This document shows, piece by piece, positions 1 to 36,109 of a stretch of 64,000 bases of DNA. Source of the DNA: the human T2T-CHM13v2.0 reference genome, Homo sapiens; the NCBI RefSeq assembly GCF_009914755.1, contig NC_060938.1. The stretch is one strand, 5' to 3'. Every line of letters starts with the position of its first letter. The first letter of the stretch is position 1. The notes beneath the pieces were generated by a model. That model was not told the origin of the DNA. It was given only the letters and a program-made list of their open reading frames with translations, and ran no database searches. The translations under genes were made by a program, and so were the position numbers.

Positions 1-268
1 GCAGATACCAACAGACGTGTATAGGATTTCCAAAGGCAACTTTTTAGTGATAAACTAAATTAGGTGATTGTGCTTTATGAGTGTCTGATATTTCCACCGT
101 TTATTCTTGATGCAAAGAGTCTAGATATAAAGGTGGCTATATGCACAAGAAATAAATTTTGATTGTTTTGAGTTCTGCCACCTGTAGAGGTGTCTGCTCT
201 ATTCTTGATGTTGTAAAAGTTAAGTGAAAAATTCACTTAAAACAGCAATCTGTAATATATCTGTATAG

Positions 269-946
<678 letters not shown>

Positions 947-969
947 TAATTGATAAGATCATACTTCTT

Positions 970-1267
<298 letters not shown>

Positions 1268-1978
1268 CACAGTTCTTCAGGTGGCAGTTATTGAATTGAA
1301 ATACTTCTTTTTCTCCTGTTTATTAATTCAGTCAGTAGAGATGCTGTAAGAACCACTCTGGAAAATACAACACAGATGTAGATCCTGAGTCTACTACTTT
1401 TTTAAATTCCAGGGATTATCAGCAGTCAAGAAGTGTCTAAGGCATAAGTGGAAGGAAAGGGAGACTAGGAGGCAAAAAAGAAGCCATATGGGTAGTATAG
1501 GCTTTAAAAAAAAAAAAAAAGAGGACATGGCATATCCGGAGAAAAAGTAGAATTCTTCTAACAATTATCTTATTCCGATCGTTCTAAACAAGATAGTTAA
1601 AAGGCCCTGGGATCTGGTGGTATTCCAGTACTCAGTAGTTAAGTATAATGATCAGATAGTTCTAGATTATATATTCCAGTCACAATTTTCCTCTTCATTG
1701 ATACAAACAATGTATTAAAATGGACAAACATATGTTCTAAAGCTCACCGATATCTGTCTAAATTACTGATTTCTCCATTGTCAAACATATTCTGAAGGCC
1801 ATTATATTAGTATCTGAAAATAGCCACCCCCAGAGGTAAGAGTGATAATATCAAAAAAGTAAATGGTCGATTCTAATTGGTATCAGAATATGATTTTCCT
1901 CTTAGTTCTACATCCTTTCCACATTACAGAAATTCACACAGACTTTGGTGCTACTGCAAGGAACATTAAAAGTTGTGA

Positions 1979-2670
<692 letters not shown>

Positions 2671-2851
2671 AAACAAATATCTGTATACATATGCTTAACT
2701 ACATATTTCTGCTATGGATATGGATTTAAAGGGAAGAAGGATCAATTTAGAAAATGTTTGAAAAGAATGAAGGTGGAAGGCTTACCGTGTCAGATATTAA
2801 AACATGTCACAATACCATAATAATTAGTTGACTTGATGCAAGTAGAGATAG

Positions 2852-4488
<1,637 letters not shown>

Positions 4489-5129
4489 TTAGCAATGTGT
4501 ATCAAAAATGTAAGATGTGTTTTCTCTTTAACCTAATAGTTCTACTTTATATATTCATAAATGATCACATTGGTCATCTATGTTATATGGAAGACATTTA
4601 TCATTCTTTTTAAATGACCAGAATATAAACCACCTTTCTCTATTTGTGGTATTCCCCTAGTGAGTGAATATTGTCAGGGTATTTATTCTAGTTGTCTCCT
4701 ACTTATCCTCATAAAATATAAGATATGTAACTTGTTCTCTGTTGTATCCTCAATGTCTAGAACTGGTTACAGCTCATAGTAGGTGCCCAATAAAAATACC
4801 TGAAAGTCAGGTACTAACTTTTCCTGCCTTACTTGCAGCTAGGTTGCAGGCAAGTGGCTAGGACTCCATTGGTTAGATGAATCTGTGCTAGATTTGGACT
4901 TCGGAATAAAGATATAAAAAACCACGACCTCTAGAAGATTCTTAGCCTGCAATACAGTTTAGGAAGATCAAGTTTCCTTGCATAAAAGGCAGCAGTGTGG
5001 TGTGCACCAGTGACCACAGACCTGCTCTCTTGGCATGGTTTCACACCTCACTCTTCCTTGCATCGACCAGAGGCTGGTTCTCCAGCCTCCCTGATGATTC
5101 TGTGAGCTACTTAATATTCGTTTCTTAAA

Positions 5130-6784
<1,655 letters not shown>

Positions 6785-6911
6785 TAGAAACAGGAAGAAA
6801 AGGAGTCAAGGGAGAATTCTTTTTTTTGAAAGGTGAGATGAGACATGTTTGTATATTAATAGGAATAATCCAGTAGAGAAGGAAAACTTGGACTGGGCGC
6901 AGTGGCTCACT

Positions 6912-7740
<829 letters not shown>

Positions 7741-7914
7741 TATAATATTTCTTTTGTAAAGGAGTACACATGAGGCTACTGGAACCTAATGCCATTAAAC
7801 CTTAGACTCATACAGTAGCTCCCCTTCTTATAATTATTTGTTTACTTAGCCATTTAATATGGATTCCTCAGTCAGACATGAGTGTAAGTTTATGTTTTTT
7901 CACTGATTGAAAAA

Positions 7915-10468
<2,554 letters not shown>

Positions 10469-11230
10469 GTTATTTTTGAACTATTATATAGATTCTGAGA
10501 ACTATGGCAGATTTATGTAAAAATTTATTTTAACTCCTAAGCTTGTTTAAGCTCAAAATAAGTAAGATTGTTATACAAGTCTTATTTATCTTTTCATCAA
10601 GAATGTCAGAATGTGCTATTCTATTTGTGATCAGCTTCTTTAGAGATTATACAAGTTCTGAGTTCTCATTTTGACTAGTTAAATATATTGTGATCCTTAT
10701 ATTCTAGATTTAATGAACAACTAATACTATGCCTTGCATATAGTAGGCACTCAAAAAATATGTTCAGTGAATTAAAGTTCCTGAGATATCTTAATAAGAT
10801 ATTTAATTGTATCTTTAAAAAATTTCCTCCATTAATACTTCCTGTCACCCAAAATGTATTGTCCTTTTTTTTATTTTTTGATGATCTTTTTCTTCCTGGC
10901 TTTATAATCTTTAATATTCTGCTCTAAATCTTATTGTTTTGCTATTTTCTTTTACATAAAGCCCCTTTTAAAGGTTTAATTGCCCTAATTATTTTCTTGA
11001 GACTTATATACTCGCTATGTTTTATTTTGATCCTTTATTGTTTTCCCACTTTCTCTTAGAAAATCTTCTTTCCTTTTCTTTTGATATATTTTATTTTATA
11101 TTGAAAAAGATCCTTGAGCCTTCTTTTGTGTTTTATAGTATTTTACTAGCAATTTTTCTCATCCTGAGAAGCTGTGTAACTGTTTGCTGTGTAACTGATA
11201 AACATAATTTTATGTATTCTGTATTTTTAG

Positions 11231-11301
11231 TCTATTGAAGACAATGAAGTATATTTGCCTAATGATGAAATTTGGACCTATGATATTGATAGTGGGTTGT
11301 G
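11231..11301 (+). CDS. KLHDC1: KLHDC1 exon 2 (SIEDNEVYLPNDEIWTYDIDSGLW)
   Basis: tttttag|TCT...TG|gtaagt; 71 bp. Confidence 0.95.
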
Positions 11302-11780
11302 GTAAGTAATTTTAAATTGCATACTGTCTGATCTTAATATCTATTATAAATGTTTCTGTAGACTCTAGGGAATTTGAGACCATACTTTGAACATACTGCA
11401 ACATTTTTGAAGTCTCCCTTTCCTTTCCTTTCAATGCTTTTATTTTCTGACTCTTTCATTCCCCTACTGTCTTCCCTGCTCCACTTTTTGTCTTTTAGTA
11501 TTTCTCTCAAGACCAGTGCTGTCTCTGAAGATTTTGTTTTATTCTGCAAATTTCCAGTTCTAGTGACGTGTGAAATTTTTGTGATTTTTTTTTTTTTCCT
11601 AGCAGATTGAAAAAGTTTTACCCTGGATCTTCTTAGAGTTTTTACATTATTGGCCACCATTACATTGTAACTGTAATTGACAGTGACAGTTTTCACTGAC
11701 AAAAGTACTCATGGAGTTTAAAGAGAATTTTAATTTGCCTTTCTGGAAAGTTATGGGATTCCATGTTATTCTTGCTGCAG

Positions 11781-11898
11781 GAGAATGCACCTCATGGAAG
11801 GAGAACTCCCAGCCTCCATGTCAGGAAGCTGTGGTGCTTGCATTAATGGAAAGCTGTACATTTTTGGAGGATATGATGACAAAGGATACAGCAATCGA
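11781..11898 (+). CDS. KLHDC1: KLHDC1 exon 3 (RMHLMEGELPASMSGSCGACINGKLYIFGGYDDKGYSNR)
   Basis: ctgcag|G...CGA|gtaata; 118 bp; kelch LYIFGG. Confidence 0.95.
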
Positions 11899-12334
11899 GT
11901 AATAATTTCTTTAATTCAAGAGTGCAGCAAAATGTAATATTTAATGCATCATTTCATCTCACAAGTTACAAATATTTTAAAAAGAAGATATATATAGAAA
12001 ACCTTAAACTTGTAATTAAATATTTTAAAGCTGGGTTGAAAATGCAGCAGTCCTGCTCTTCTCTTCTTCTGTGTCTTTCTGCTTCAGAATTAACTGCATA
12101 TTTAATTGATATTCATAGGATAAGAGCAGGATGTGACTCATTTTAATATGTTTTATATATCATTTTTACTCCTAAAACAGTCTCATTTTTATTCTCCAAT
12201 TTTTAAATTTTAATAGGTAACAAGCTTACCTATTAAAAAGAAAATAATAGTATTAATTCTTGGATCACATTCCCTCTGATATAGATTTAATTTTTAAATG
12301 CCCTGTCTGCTAATAGTGTTCTCATCTTTTAAAG

Positions 12335-12453
12335 CTTTATTTTGTTAATTTACGAACAAGAGATGAAACCTACATTTGGGAGAAAATCACCGACTTTGAA
12401 GGGCAACCACCTACACCACGTGATAAACTTTCCTGCTGGGTATATAAAGACAG
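12335..12453 (+). CDS. KLHDC1: KLHDC1 exon 4 (LYFVNLRTRDETYIWEKITDFEGQPPTPRDKLSCWVYKDR)
   Basis: ttttaaag|CTT...AG|gtaatg; 119 bp. Confidence 0.95.
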
Positions 12454-13022
12454 GTAATGCAGCAGTTGCACTTAATGCATTATGTCTACCTAAGCAAAGA
12501 TAATAGCTTTGGCTAAAATACAGAATGCTTAAAGGTATGAGTTTTTTTCAGGATTGCAATTGATTTTCTAAATAATCAATATCTGACAATGCCCGTTTTA
12601 TTTCTTCCTTTCTAATCTTTAAACTTTTTGTTGTCTTACTGGACTGGGTAGGACCTTGAGTAAATCCAGTGCTTATATTTATACTTTCATATATTACTCA
12701 TTCTTTTTCTCTGAACAATATCTATCATTCCCCTACTCTGAGCATCAATAAAACTAGATGGTAGCCTCTTTATCCCTCTCTCCTTCCCATTCCTTCAACG
12801 CTAGTTTTTGTGAGTTATGTTTTTAATCCTTCTGTTCCATTTTTGGGAAGAAGGGGAACTTTAGTTATGAACATTTTAGCTCCTCACTCCCTGCTTATCA
12901 TTTCTTGCTAATTCTTTTTAACTATTTTTTGTGGTTTTTCACATTTTTATTCTTTATGTCCTTTACTGTATTTTCTGTGATAACTGTCTCTTTGCTATTT
13001 GTAACATTGTCTTCATTTCTGA

Positions 13023-13712
<690 letters not shown>

Positions 13713-13969
13713 TCTTTCCTAATTTCTAACAATTCTGTTTCAGCTCCTCATATTTTCTGGCCATCAACTCTGTTATTTGAGTTCTTATATTTTTGTTTTA
13801 AGGGTTTTCTTCATTGCTAATTATTAAATTTTATTTGTGTTTTAAAATATCATTCACTATTTAATTTCCAGTTTTCAGATTTGCTTGTTTGTCTCTTAAA
13901 TGTTTTTAAACAATTTGTTCAGTAGGGGACTAGATAAGGTCTATACGTTATAATCGATTTATATGTCTT

Positions 13970-15327
<1,358 letters not shown>

Positions 15328-15677
15328 CATAGCTAACTATTTTTAGACATTAGTAGGCACATAATGTTTGGTTGTCTCTGTATGTTAGCAAGCACCGATG
15401 ATTGCTGCCTAGATCCATTTTTGTACAAGAAGATGCAAAGTGATGATATTCTAATTCTATTATTTGTTCTTAATTTATTAGTGGAATACTTCTATAAAAA
15501 GAAACTTTCTTTAACTGTTTATTAACCCTAAGATACTGTTTGTATAGGAAAATCAGGATAAATGCTTGATTCTTTCGCCTTTAGAATCAATTGAGTCATT
15601 TCTCTAGTATCCTTCAAAGTGGTCAGTAAGGTTTTAAATTACCATTTTAAAATCATGGATTTGAAATATTTGATGTC

Positions 15678-17845
<2,168 letters not shown>

Positions 17846-18449
17846 ATAAAAGATAAAACATAGCCTTACCTTTTAAACCTAGATGTTTATGAGCAATGAA
17901 TATTGATTTTTATTAAATACTTTTTCTTTTGAAGTCGTTTGAGGTTTGTTTTCTCATTTAAATACTGATGTCATTAAATATTTTCTAATATGATATACTC
18001 GTGTTTCTGATATAAATCTTACATGGTTGTAACGAGTATTTCAACATATTGTTGAATTTCATTCACAGGTGTATACAGAATTTTTTAGAGGAGTAATTGA
18101 TAGCTTTGTTGATTTGCCTCCTGGTTACACTTAATTTTTTGTCATTTTGGTTTGCAAAAAGCATTTTAAGGGCTAGAGGCAAACATAGGACTGAACTCTG
18201 TCTCTGAACCTAGCATAGGCTCGTATAAAGGGAGTATCTTTGAATGCTTATGGCAATGACATGTGTTTCTGTAAACCACTATGGTTTTCTGCCTTTGTTT
18301 TTCCAGGTTAATCTACCCTGTAAAGTATTTTTGGACCTTTAAAGGTTTTTTGTTGTTGTTAGTATGTAAAAGAAACCAGTAACAATGATTGCCCTAGGCA
18401 AGGGAATTAAGTGACTGAGAGTAGGAGGGAGACTTACCTCTTGCTACGC

Positions 18450-18758
<309 letters not shown>

Positions 18759-18759
18759 T

Positions 18760-23240
<4,481 letters not shown>

Positions 23241-24184
23241 AATTTTTATTTTTTTAAGACAAGGTCTCACTCTCACTCAGGCTGGAGTGCAGTGGTGTGA
23301 TCATAACTCAGTACAACCTTGAACTCTGAGTTCAAGCAATCTTCCCACCTCAGCCACCTGAGTAGCTGAGACTACAGGTATGCACCGCCACACCTTTCTT
23401 TCCTTTTTTTTTAAATTTTATTTCTTGTGGAGACAGGTCTCCTTATGTTGCCCAGGCTGATCTCAAACTCCTGCCCTCAAGCAATCCGCCTGCCTCAGCC
23501 TCCCTGTAGTTTTTAAATTATATGCCAGATCTTCTGTCTGAAAGAACAGTAAAGATTGGAATAAATTATATTTATCTTCAGAAAGTGACATGCCCTTTCT
23601 TCTTTTTTAGGTTGCTAGAGTAAGAGTTGAGTCAGTCTAATTCGTAGGTGATTTGTATTTGGGCTTTGTTGTAGCTTTAGTTTGATTGAGTTTTACCTCT
23701 GGCTTCAAATGTTTTGGGACAGTACTTTTCCTTTACTAGGGCCCCCTATTTGGACACTGAGATTTTCTAGAGATTTGCAGCTGTGCTTCACAGCTGCGTT
23801 CCTACCTCTCAGAACTGTGGGAGATCTCTCCATGTTTTATAGTCCAGTTGGTAGGTCATTGGCCACGAGGGAGTTCTCTTTGCTCTCTGATCCCACTTTA
23901 TGCTTTCTGCACCCTGGAAGACCTCTTTCAGCCTTGCATCTCCTCCCCTGGCCTTTGGAGGGCAGGTACTCTATAGGGTGTAAATATTTGGCATGCCCCT
24001 GAGGTGTTTCTTTCAGATCTCCTGTTTGCATCACAAACTTTAGTAGTCCAAAGCTCAGATTGCCTAAAGGGGATTTTCTCAGCTCTCCTCTGCCTCCAGC
24101 TGTTGGTGACTGACCCTGATCCCTCCCTGAAGATTATGCGAAAGAGTTAAGGAGTAGGTTAAATTCCGTCTATGGCTGGGTTTC

Positions 24185-24609
24185 CTTTTTTTTGTTGTTA
24201 TTATTATACTTTAAGTTCTAGGGTACGTGTGCACAACGTGCAGGTTTGTTACATATGTATACATGTGCCATGTTGGTATGCTGCACCCATTAACACATCA
24301 TTTACATTAGGTATATCTCCTAAGGCTATCCCCGACCCCATGACAGGCCCCGGTGTGTGATATTCCCCTTCCTGTGTCCAAGTGTTCTCATTGTTCAGTT
24401 CCCACCTATGAGTGAGAACATGCGGTGTTTGGTTTTTTGTCCCTGTGATAGTTTGCTGAGAAGGATGGTTTCCAGCTTCATCCATGTCCCTACAAAGGAC
24501 ATGAACTCATCCTTTTTTATGGCTGCATAGTATTCCATGGTGTGTATGTGCCACATTTTCTTAATTCAGTCTATCATTGATGGACATTTGGGTTGATTCC
24601 AAGTCTTTG
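24185..24609 (-). mobile_element. young L1PA 3' fragment
   Basis: ttattatactttaagttctagggtac... L1PA 3' UTR; TSD ggctgggtttc at 24174 and 24611. Confidence 0.92.
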
Positions 24610-24638
24610 AGGCTGGGTTTCTAAAGATGCTAATTTGG

Positions 24639-25617
<979 letters not shown>

Positions 25618-25932
25618 CTAATTTGCCATGCCAATATAAATGTAGCTGTTAAAAATTTGGGTAGTTTCTTCTTACAAGCCCTGTATGTGCTGGATTCTTC
25701 CTCTTGCTGTTACACAAGGGATGAAAGCAGCTATGGGTCTCTTCTTTCCCATTGAGAGCTCATCACTTTCTGGAATTGGTTTATTTAGGTCTCTTTGTTC
25801 CCTCAGCTCTTTATTCTTTTTAAACTGTGATTTTGTGTTTGGGTTGTTAAGGTGAGAGGATCTTTTTCAGCTTTCTATGAACAAACTGGAAACAGAATTC
25901 CTAAAGTGTGTCATTTCGTATTTGTTTTTCAG

Positions 25933-26011
25933 ACTAATATATTTTGGTGGTTATGGGTGTAGGAGACACAGTGAACTCCAAGACTGTTTTGATGTTCATG
26001 ATGCATCTTGG
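25933..26011 (+). CDS. KLHDC1: KLHDC1 exon 5 (LIYFGGYGCRRHSELQDCFDVHDASW)
   Basis: tttttcag|A...TGG|gtaaga; 79 bp. Confidence 0.95.
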
Positions 26012-27381
26012 GTAAGATAGTAATCACTGTTTACATTTTCCTCCAAGTCAGTATAGCCTTAACATCTTAGAAATAATGAGTCTAGTCTTTCTCATTTTTG
26101 GAGCTACCAATTTGTCGTAATTGACGCTATGAAAAAAATGTGTTTTCTCTCTTTAACATTTGGATCCATTTGGCAAAAGGTATCTCTCTAGTGGTATTAG
26201 CCTTCATGGCTATTGGCAGAGTAATTTCTTTTCTTATATCGTTAATCACAGATACCTGCTTCTGTTAGACAGGTAGAGGCTTTAGCACAACTTGGAAAAA
26301 TTATGTTCATATTTAACCGCAAAAGCTATTGTTGACATACACCTCTTTTTAGATATGTCCACTAGAATTATTCATAGGTCAGACTGGCCTCTAGATAAGA
26401 GTCAGTTGGTAGTGATACTAATTTTTCTACTTATTCTTACTGATTAGACAATAAATCATTATTAATGAAAGAAGTCATGAATTACAAAAATGAAATTTTT
26501 AAACAGATAATTTAAAAAACCATTGATCCTACCACCAAGATGCAGTCTTATTAGTTTTACCTTCTACTAGCGTATATTATTCTACATTAGTGTAAATACA
26601 TATATATGTGTATATATATATATACACACACACACATTTCATGTATATTGCTTTGTATATGGGTATTATTGAAAATTCCCCATGTTTCTATGTTGTTTTT
26701 GAGTTTTAAAAATGACATATCATTAAAGCTTTGCTACTTAAAGTATTGCTGAGAATTTTCAGGAATATAACTTCTATTTATATCTAGTTATTTTTATTCA
26801 TCAGTGAAATAACTCAATTTTTTTCTCCTACAATACAGTTACTAAGCTAATTATCATGTCCTGAAGTTTCTGGAACACAAATGGTATTTTTTTTTTTTTT
26901 TCATTTAGACTCTAAATGAGCTGGGTGTGGTGGCACATTTCTATAATCCCAGCTACTAGGGAGGCTGAGGCAGAAGGATCACTTGTACCAAGGAGTTTGA
27001 GACCAGCCTGGGTAACATGGCGAGACCCTGTTTCAATTTAAATAAAATTTAAAAATAGATTCTAAACTAAGTAAATTGTTTAGCTTATTTTACTTGCTTG
27101 ACAAGGCCTGACAAAAATAAATGATGTCTTTCTGACACACAATATAAAACTGGCACAGAGATCATCTAGAGTAGTGATAGAGGATTTCAGCACCCTGGGA
27201 GATGCTAAATATGGTATAGCTGCTAAGTCTTTTCTTTGCTGACAAAGAATTTTATATCTTAGGAGATAAAGAAGAGAGTGGTCATAAGTTTAATCTGTAA
27301 GAACAAATTGCTTGGTGAAGTAGAAGTGATTGGAAGTTTTTGGGAACAGGAACCATGACCCACCCCCTAAAGTTTATTACA

Positions 27382-28030
27382 GCAAAAATGAGGAGTTCTG
27401 AGCATGTACTTTAGGGAAACAGATTTTAAAATGTAAACATCATTCCACCCTCTGCAATTTTAAAAAAGATAATCCTTAGAGAAAATTGAAAGATTGTCAA
27501 CAAGTAAAATTATGATTCACTGCAAACAATACTATGAGAAGAAAAGTTGCCAGGTGGTGCTGCTACTGGTCTGGGGACCACGCTTTGGGAGGTACCCATG
27601 TATCCATTGGCTTTGTGACTATGGTAACACTTAACTCTATTTTTGTAAGGTGTCTGTTATTTTACCAGTAAATATGTGATAAAACTATAAAAATAATAAT
27701 GTAATAAACTGCAAAAATTAGGAGTTCTGAGCATGTACTTTAGGAAAACAGATTTTAAAATGTAAACATCATTCCACCCTCTGCAATTTTAAAAAAGATA
27801 ATCCTTAGAGAAAATTGAAAGATTGTCAACAAGTAAAATTATGATTCACTGCAAACAATACTATGAGAAGAAAAGTTGCCAGGTGGTGCTGCTACTGGTC
27901 TGGGGACCACGCTTTGGGAGGTACCCGTGTATCCGTTGGCTTTGTGACTATGGTAACACTTAACTCTATTTTTGTAAGGTGTCTGTTATTTTACCAGTAA
28001 ATATGTGATAAAACTGTAATAATAATGTAA
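27382..28030 (+). repeat. 329-bp-period tandem duplication (2 copies), contains a MER5-like fragment
   Basis: 27391-27686 vs 27720-28015 identical except for 3 substitutions. Confidence 0.97.
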
Positions 28031-28073
28031 AAATTATTAAAGCTTTGAGATATTTAAAACATTTCTCTTTTAG

Positions 28074-30757
<2,684 letters not shown>

Positions 30758-31313
30758 TCAAAATAAAGTGTAGAGAAGTGTTATCAATTAATGTTAAGAG
30801 TTTTAGTAAGAGAGAGAGCACTGTCTGGCTTAAGCCAAGAGTGAACTTCTTATTGTAAATTTGAGGCACCAAGAGTTTTGGGGCCATTTTTAATTTTACA
30901 GAGTTTCTGAGATAATCGCAATATGCACTGCTCACTTCTAATGGGAACTCTGTGTGTGTGAAAGAGAAACAGAGGAGAGAGGGAGAGAGAGAACATTTTA
31001 AAATTTGATTTTAAAATCTTTATACAGTATTTCAAACAAAAATTTACATGAAACCTTATTTTGCTAAATAGTGTCAGACATATAAGAAAAACATTTTCAA
31101 AAGTAAAGATCAGGGAGAATAAAATGTATTCTGACAAATAGTATTTGTCTACAATTAGTACTATTTAGAATAAACTTTTGCATTAGCGTTTTTAATTGAA
31201 TTACATAGGTAATGATAACTTAGTGATTAAGACTTTCACATACTGAGCATAGGAATGTAACTTTATTACAGATATTTCAAGTCTTTGCAGTCTGTTCTGA
31301 TTTCTACTTGCAG

Positions 31314-31397
31314 GGTGGAGTTCCACCACAGCCACGAGCCGCGCATACGTGTGCAGTTCTTGGAAATAAGGGTTATATCTTTGGCGGACGTGTTCTG
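31314..31397 (+). CDS. KLHDC1: KLHDC1 exon 7 (GGVPPQPRAAHTCAVLGNKGYIFGGRVL)
   Basis: ttgcag|GGT...CTG|gttagt; 84 bp; kelch PRAAH...YIFGG. Confidence 0.95.
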
Positions 31398-31877
31398 GTT
31401 AGTGTTTTTAATGGAAATGGTATTTTTATGTGCAATGCTCCTTATAAAAATTTATCCTCTGATTTCGTGGAATAATTGAACATTCATGTAATCTAGAGAT
31501 TAAAATGGCATTCAATACTAATTTTATTTATCTTCTAATTCATAAACAGACCATACATGAACAATCATAGATGATTATAAATCATATTTTAATGAGGAGA
31601 ATCTTTCAGTGCAGTATCAGAAAAAATTAATTTCTTGTCATCTAAAGCCTGTGAATTTAAACCTATTTCTTCCTATTTTTTCCTTTCCCCTTTGACACAT
31701 TGATTTGGGAGCTCTGTGTCAGTCTTATTAATGCTTAGCATTGTTTTCCAATAGTTAAACATCTTATGTGAAGTAAAATAGAGATAGTCTATTTTTAATC
31801 TGAACTTACTTTAAAAGAAAAATTTTAGCTGATAAAAGATGTGAAATACTGACCAATGTAACACACTTTTCTTTTAG

Positions 31878-31936
31878 CAAACTAGGATGAATGATTTGCA
31901 CTATCTAAACCTAGACACCTGGACTTGGTCTGGAAG
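31878..31936 (+). CDS. KLHDC1: KLHDC1 exon 8 (QTRMNDLHYLNLDTWTWSGR)
   Basis: cttttag|CAA...AG|gtaagt; 59 bp. Confidence 0.95.
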
Positions 31937-32329
31937 GTAAGTTTGAAGTCTAAGTACGTTTTAATCTATAGGCATGTGTATGTGTCTGTATGTCACCATA
32001 ATCCAAATGTGAGTCTTTAAAACTGGACTGGTATTTTTTTCCTTCAGATCGTATGTCTAAGCAAGGACTATATAGATTTAAATAGAGTTTGTTCCTTAAC
32101 CAGACAAGATAAAACATGAAAATACTAACAGTTGAAATTAGATTATATAAAAGTACTGGTTTTATACTAAGTAGTTTTTGAGGATTGATCAGTAGAAGAA
32201 ATGAAGAAGTGGTTGAATGGGGTCATCTCAGGTGAACAGGTAATGGAGTAAAGTCGGATTTTATTTGTAGCTCATAATATGTATTTAACAATAGAACAAA
32301 TATATTTAGCTATCAACTTAGCAATTTGT

Positions 32330-34905
<2,576 letters not shown>

Positions 34906-35092
34906 TAAATGGAAAGATTTTTTAAATTCATCTAAGAATTTAATAATGTTTTTCAAATATTCATGTAGGTGGGACTAGTAAAAGTTTTTTGGAGCAGTGA
35001 GGGCAGATTTTTTTTTTTAAGATCTAAGATGATTAAAAACCTTTTCTTTTGATTAATATAGTACCTAGACTTTCTTTTTCTCCTTGCCACAG

Positions 35093-35205
35093 GATTACTA
35101 TTAATGGAGAAAGCCCAAAACATCGGTCATGGCATACTTTAACACCTATAGCTGATGATAAACTTTTCCTATGTGGTGGACTAAGTGCAGATAATATCCC
35201 ATTAA
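35093..35205 (+). CDS. KLHDC1: KLHDC1 exon 9 (ITINGESPKHRSWHTLTPIADDKLFLCGGLSADNIPL)
   Basis: ccacag|G...A|gtaagt; 113 bp. Confidence 0.95.
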
Positions 35206-35809
35206 GTAAGTTGATTAAGGTTTAGCCTATAATTATTATCTCATTCTTTTTTCTTAATTGTATTTCATACTTACAGTGAAGTAAATCTTCCTTTTTTCCT
35301 GTTTTTCTGGTTTGCCTTTATCCTCAATTATTTTCTTGCATGAATTATGACCTCCTTGCTTTTGTACCCTTGGCTCTCCACGTTCCCCTGTTTTCTAGGG
35401 AAAGAGAAGAGGAAGGGTGATTGAAGCTAGATGAAACAAAGCCCCTTTATACTACTATATTCTGTGATTCTGTGTCCGCTGATTTTTGATCCAGATGCTT
35501 GTACTGTAGGGTAGGATGCTTGCACTGTTCGCTTTTGCTGTACTCCAGGCTAGGGGATTGGAAGAGCAGCCTTTCTTAGAAGGCCCTGGAAATACAAAGT
35601 GGGAAGCCCAGTTGCTTCTCTTTTTGTTCCAGAGCTGTAGAGGAAAGTGTTTAGCTAGGTTTTTTAAACTCCAGTCATTGCTGATCCCAGTGGCTATGGG
35701 TTTTGGAATGCAGTTTTTCTTTCAGCAGTAGAACTGTGGCATCAAGATAGACAGATGACCACGAATATTGACTTCTTAATTTGGCATGTTAGATGTTTTA
35801 TGTTTTCTA

Positions 35810-36109
35810 TTTTCTTTTCTTTTTTTTTTTTTTTGAGATGGAGTCTTGCTCTGTGGCCTGGGCTGGAGTGGGATGGTGCAATCTCGGCTCACTGCAACCT
35901 CCACCTCCCGGGTTCAAGCGATTCTCCTTCCTCAGGCACCTGAGTAGCTGGGATTACAGGTGCCCACCACCACGCTCAGCTAATTTTTGTATGTAGAGGT
36001 GGGGTTTCACCATGTTGGCCAGGCTGGTCTCGAATTCCTGACCTCGTGATCCACCCGCCTCAGCCTCCCAAAGTGCTGGGACTACAGGCGTCAGCCACCG
36101 CACCTGGCC
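35810..36109 (-). mobile_element. Alu
   Basis: Alu consensus. Confidence 0.9.

Noticed and set aside
11711-11902. ORFs overlapping exon 3 (and 31285-31479 overlapping exon 7)
   Set aside because: Out-of-frame readings of real KLHDC1 exons plus intron; no independent coding evidence.
27382-28030. Direct repeats considered as a CRISPR-like or LTR pair
   Set aside because: Only two abutting copies, no spacers, no TG..CA termini or internal region; a simple tandem duplication.
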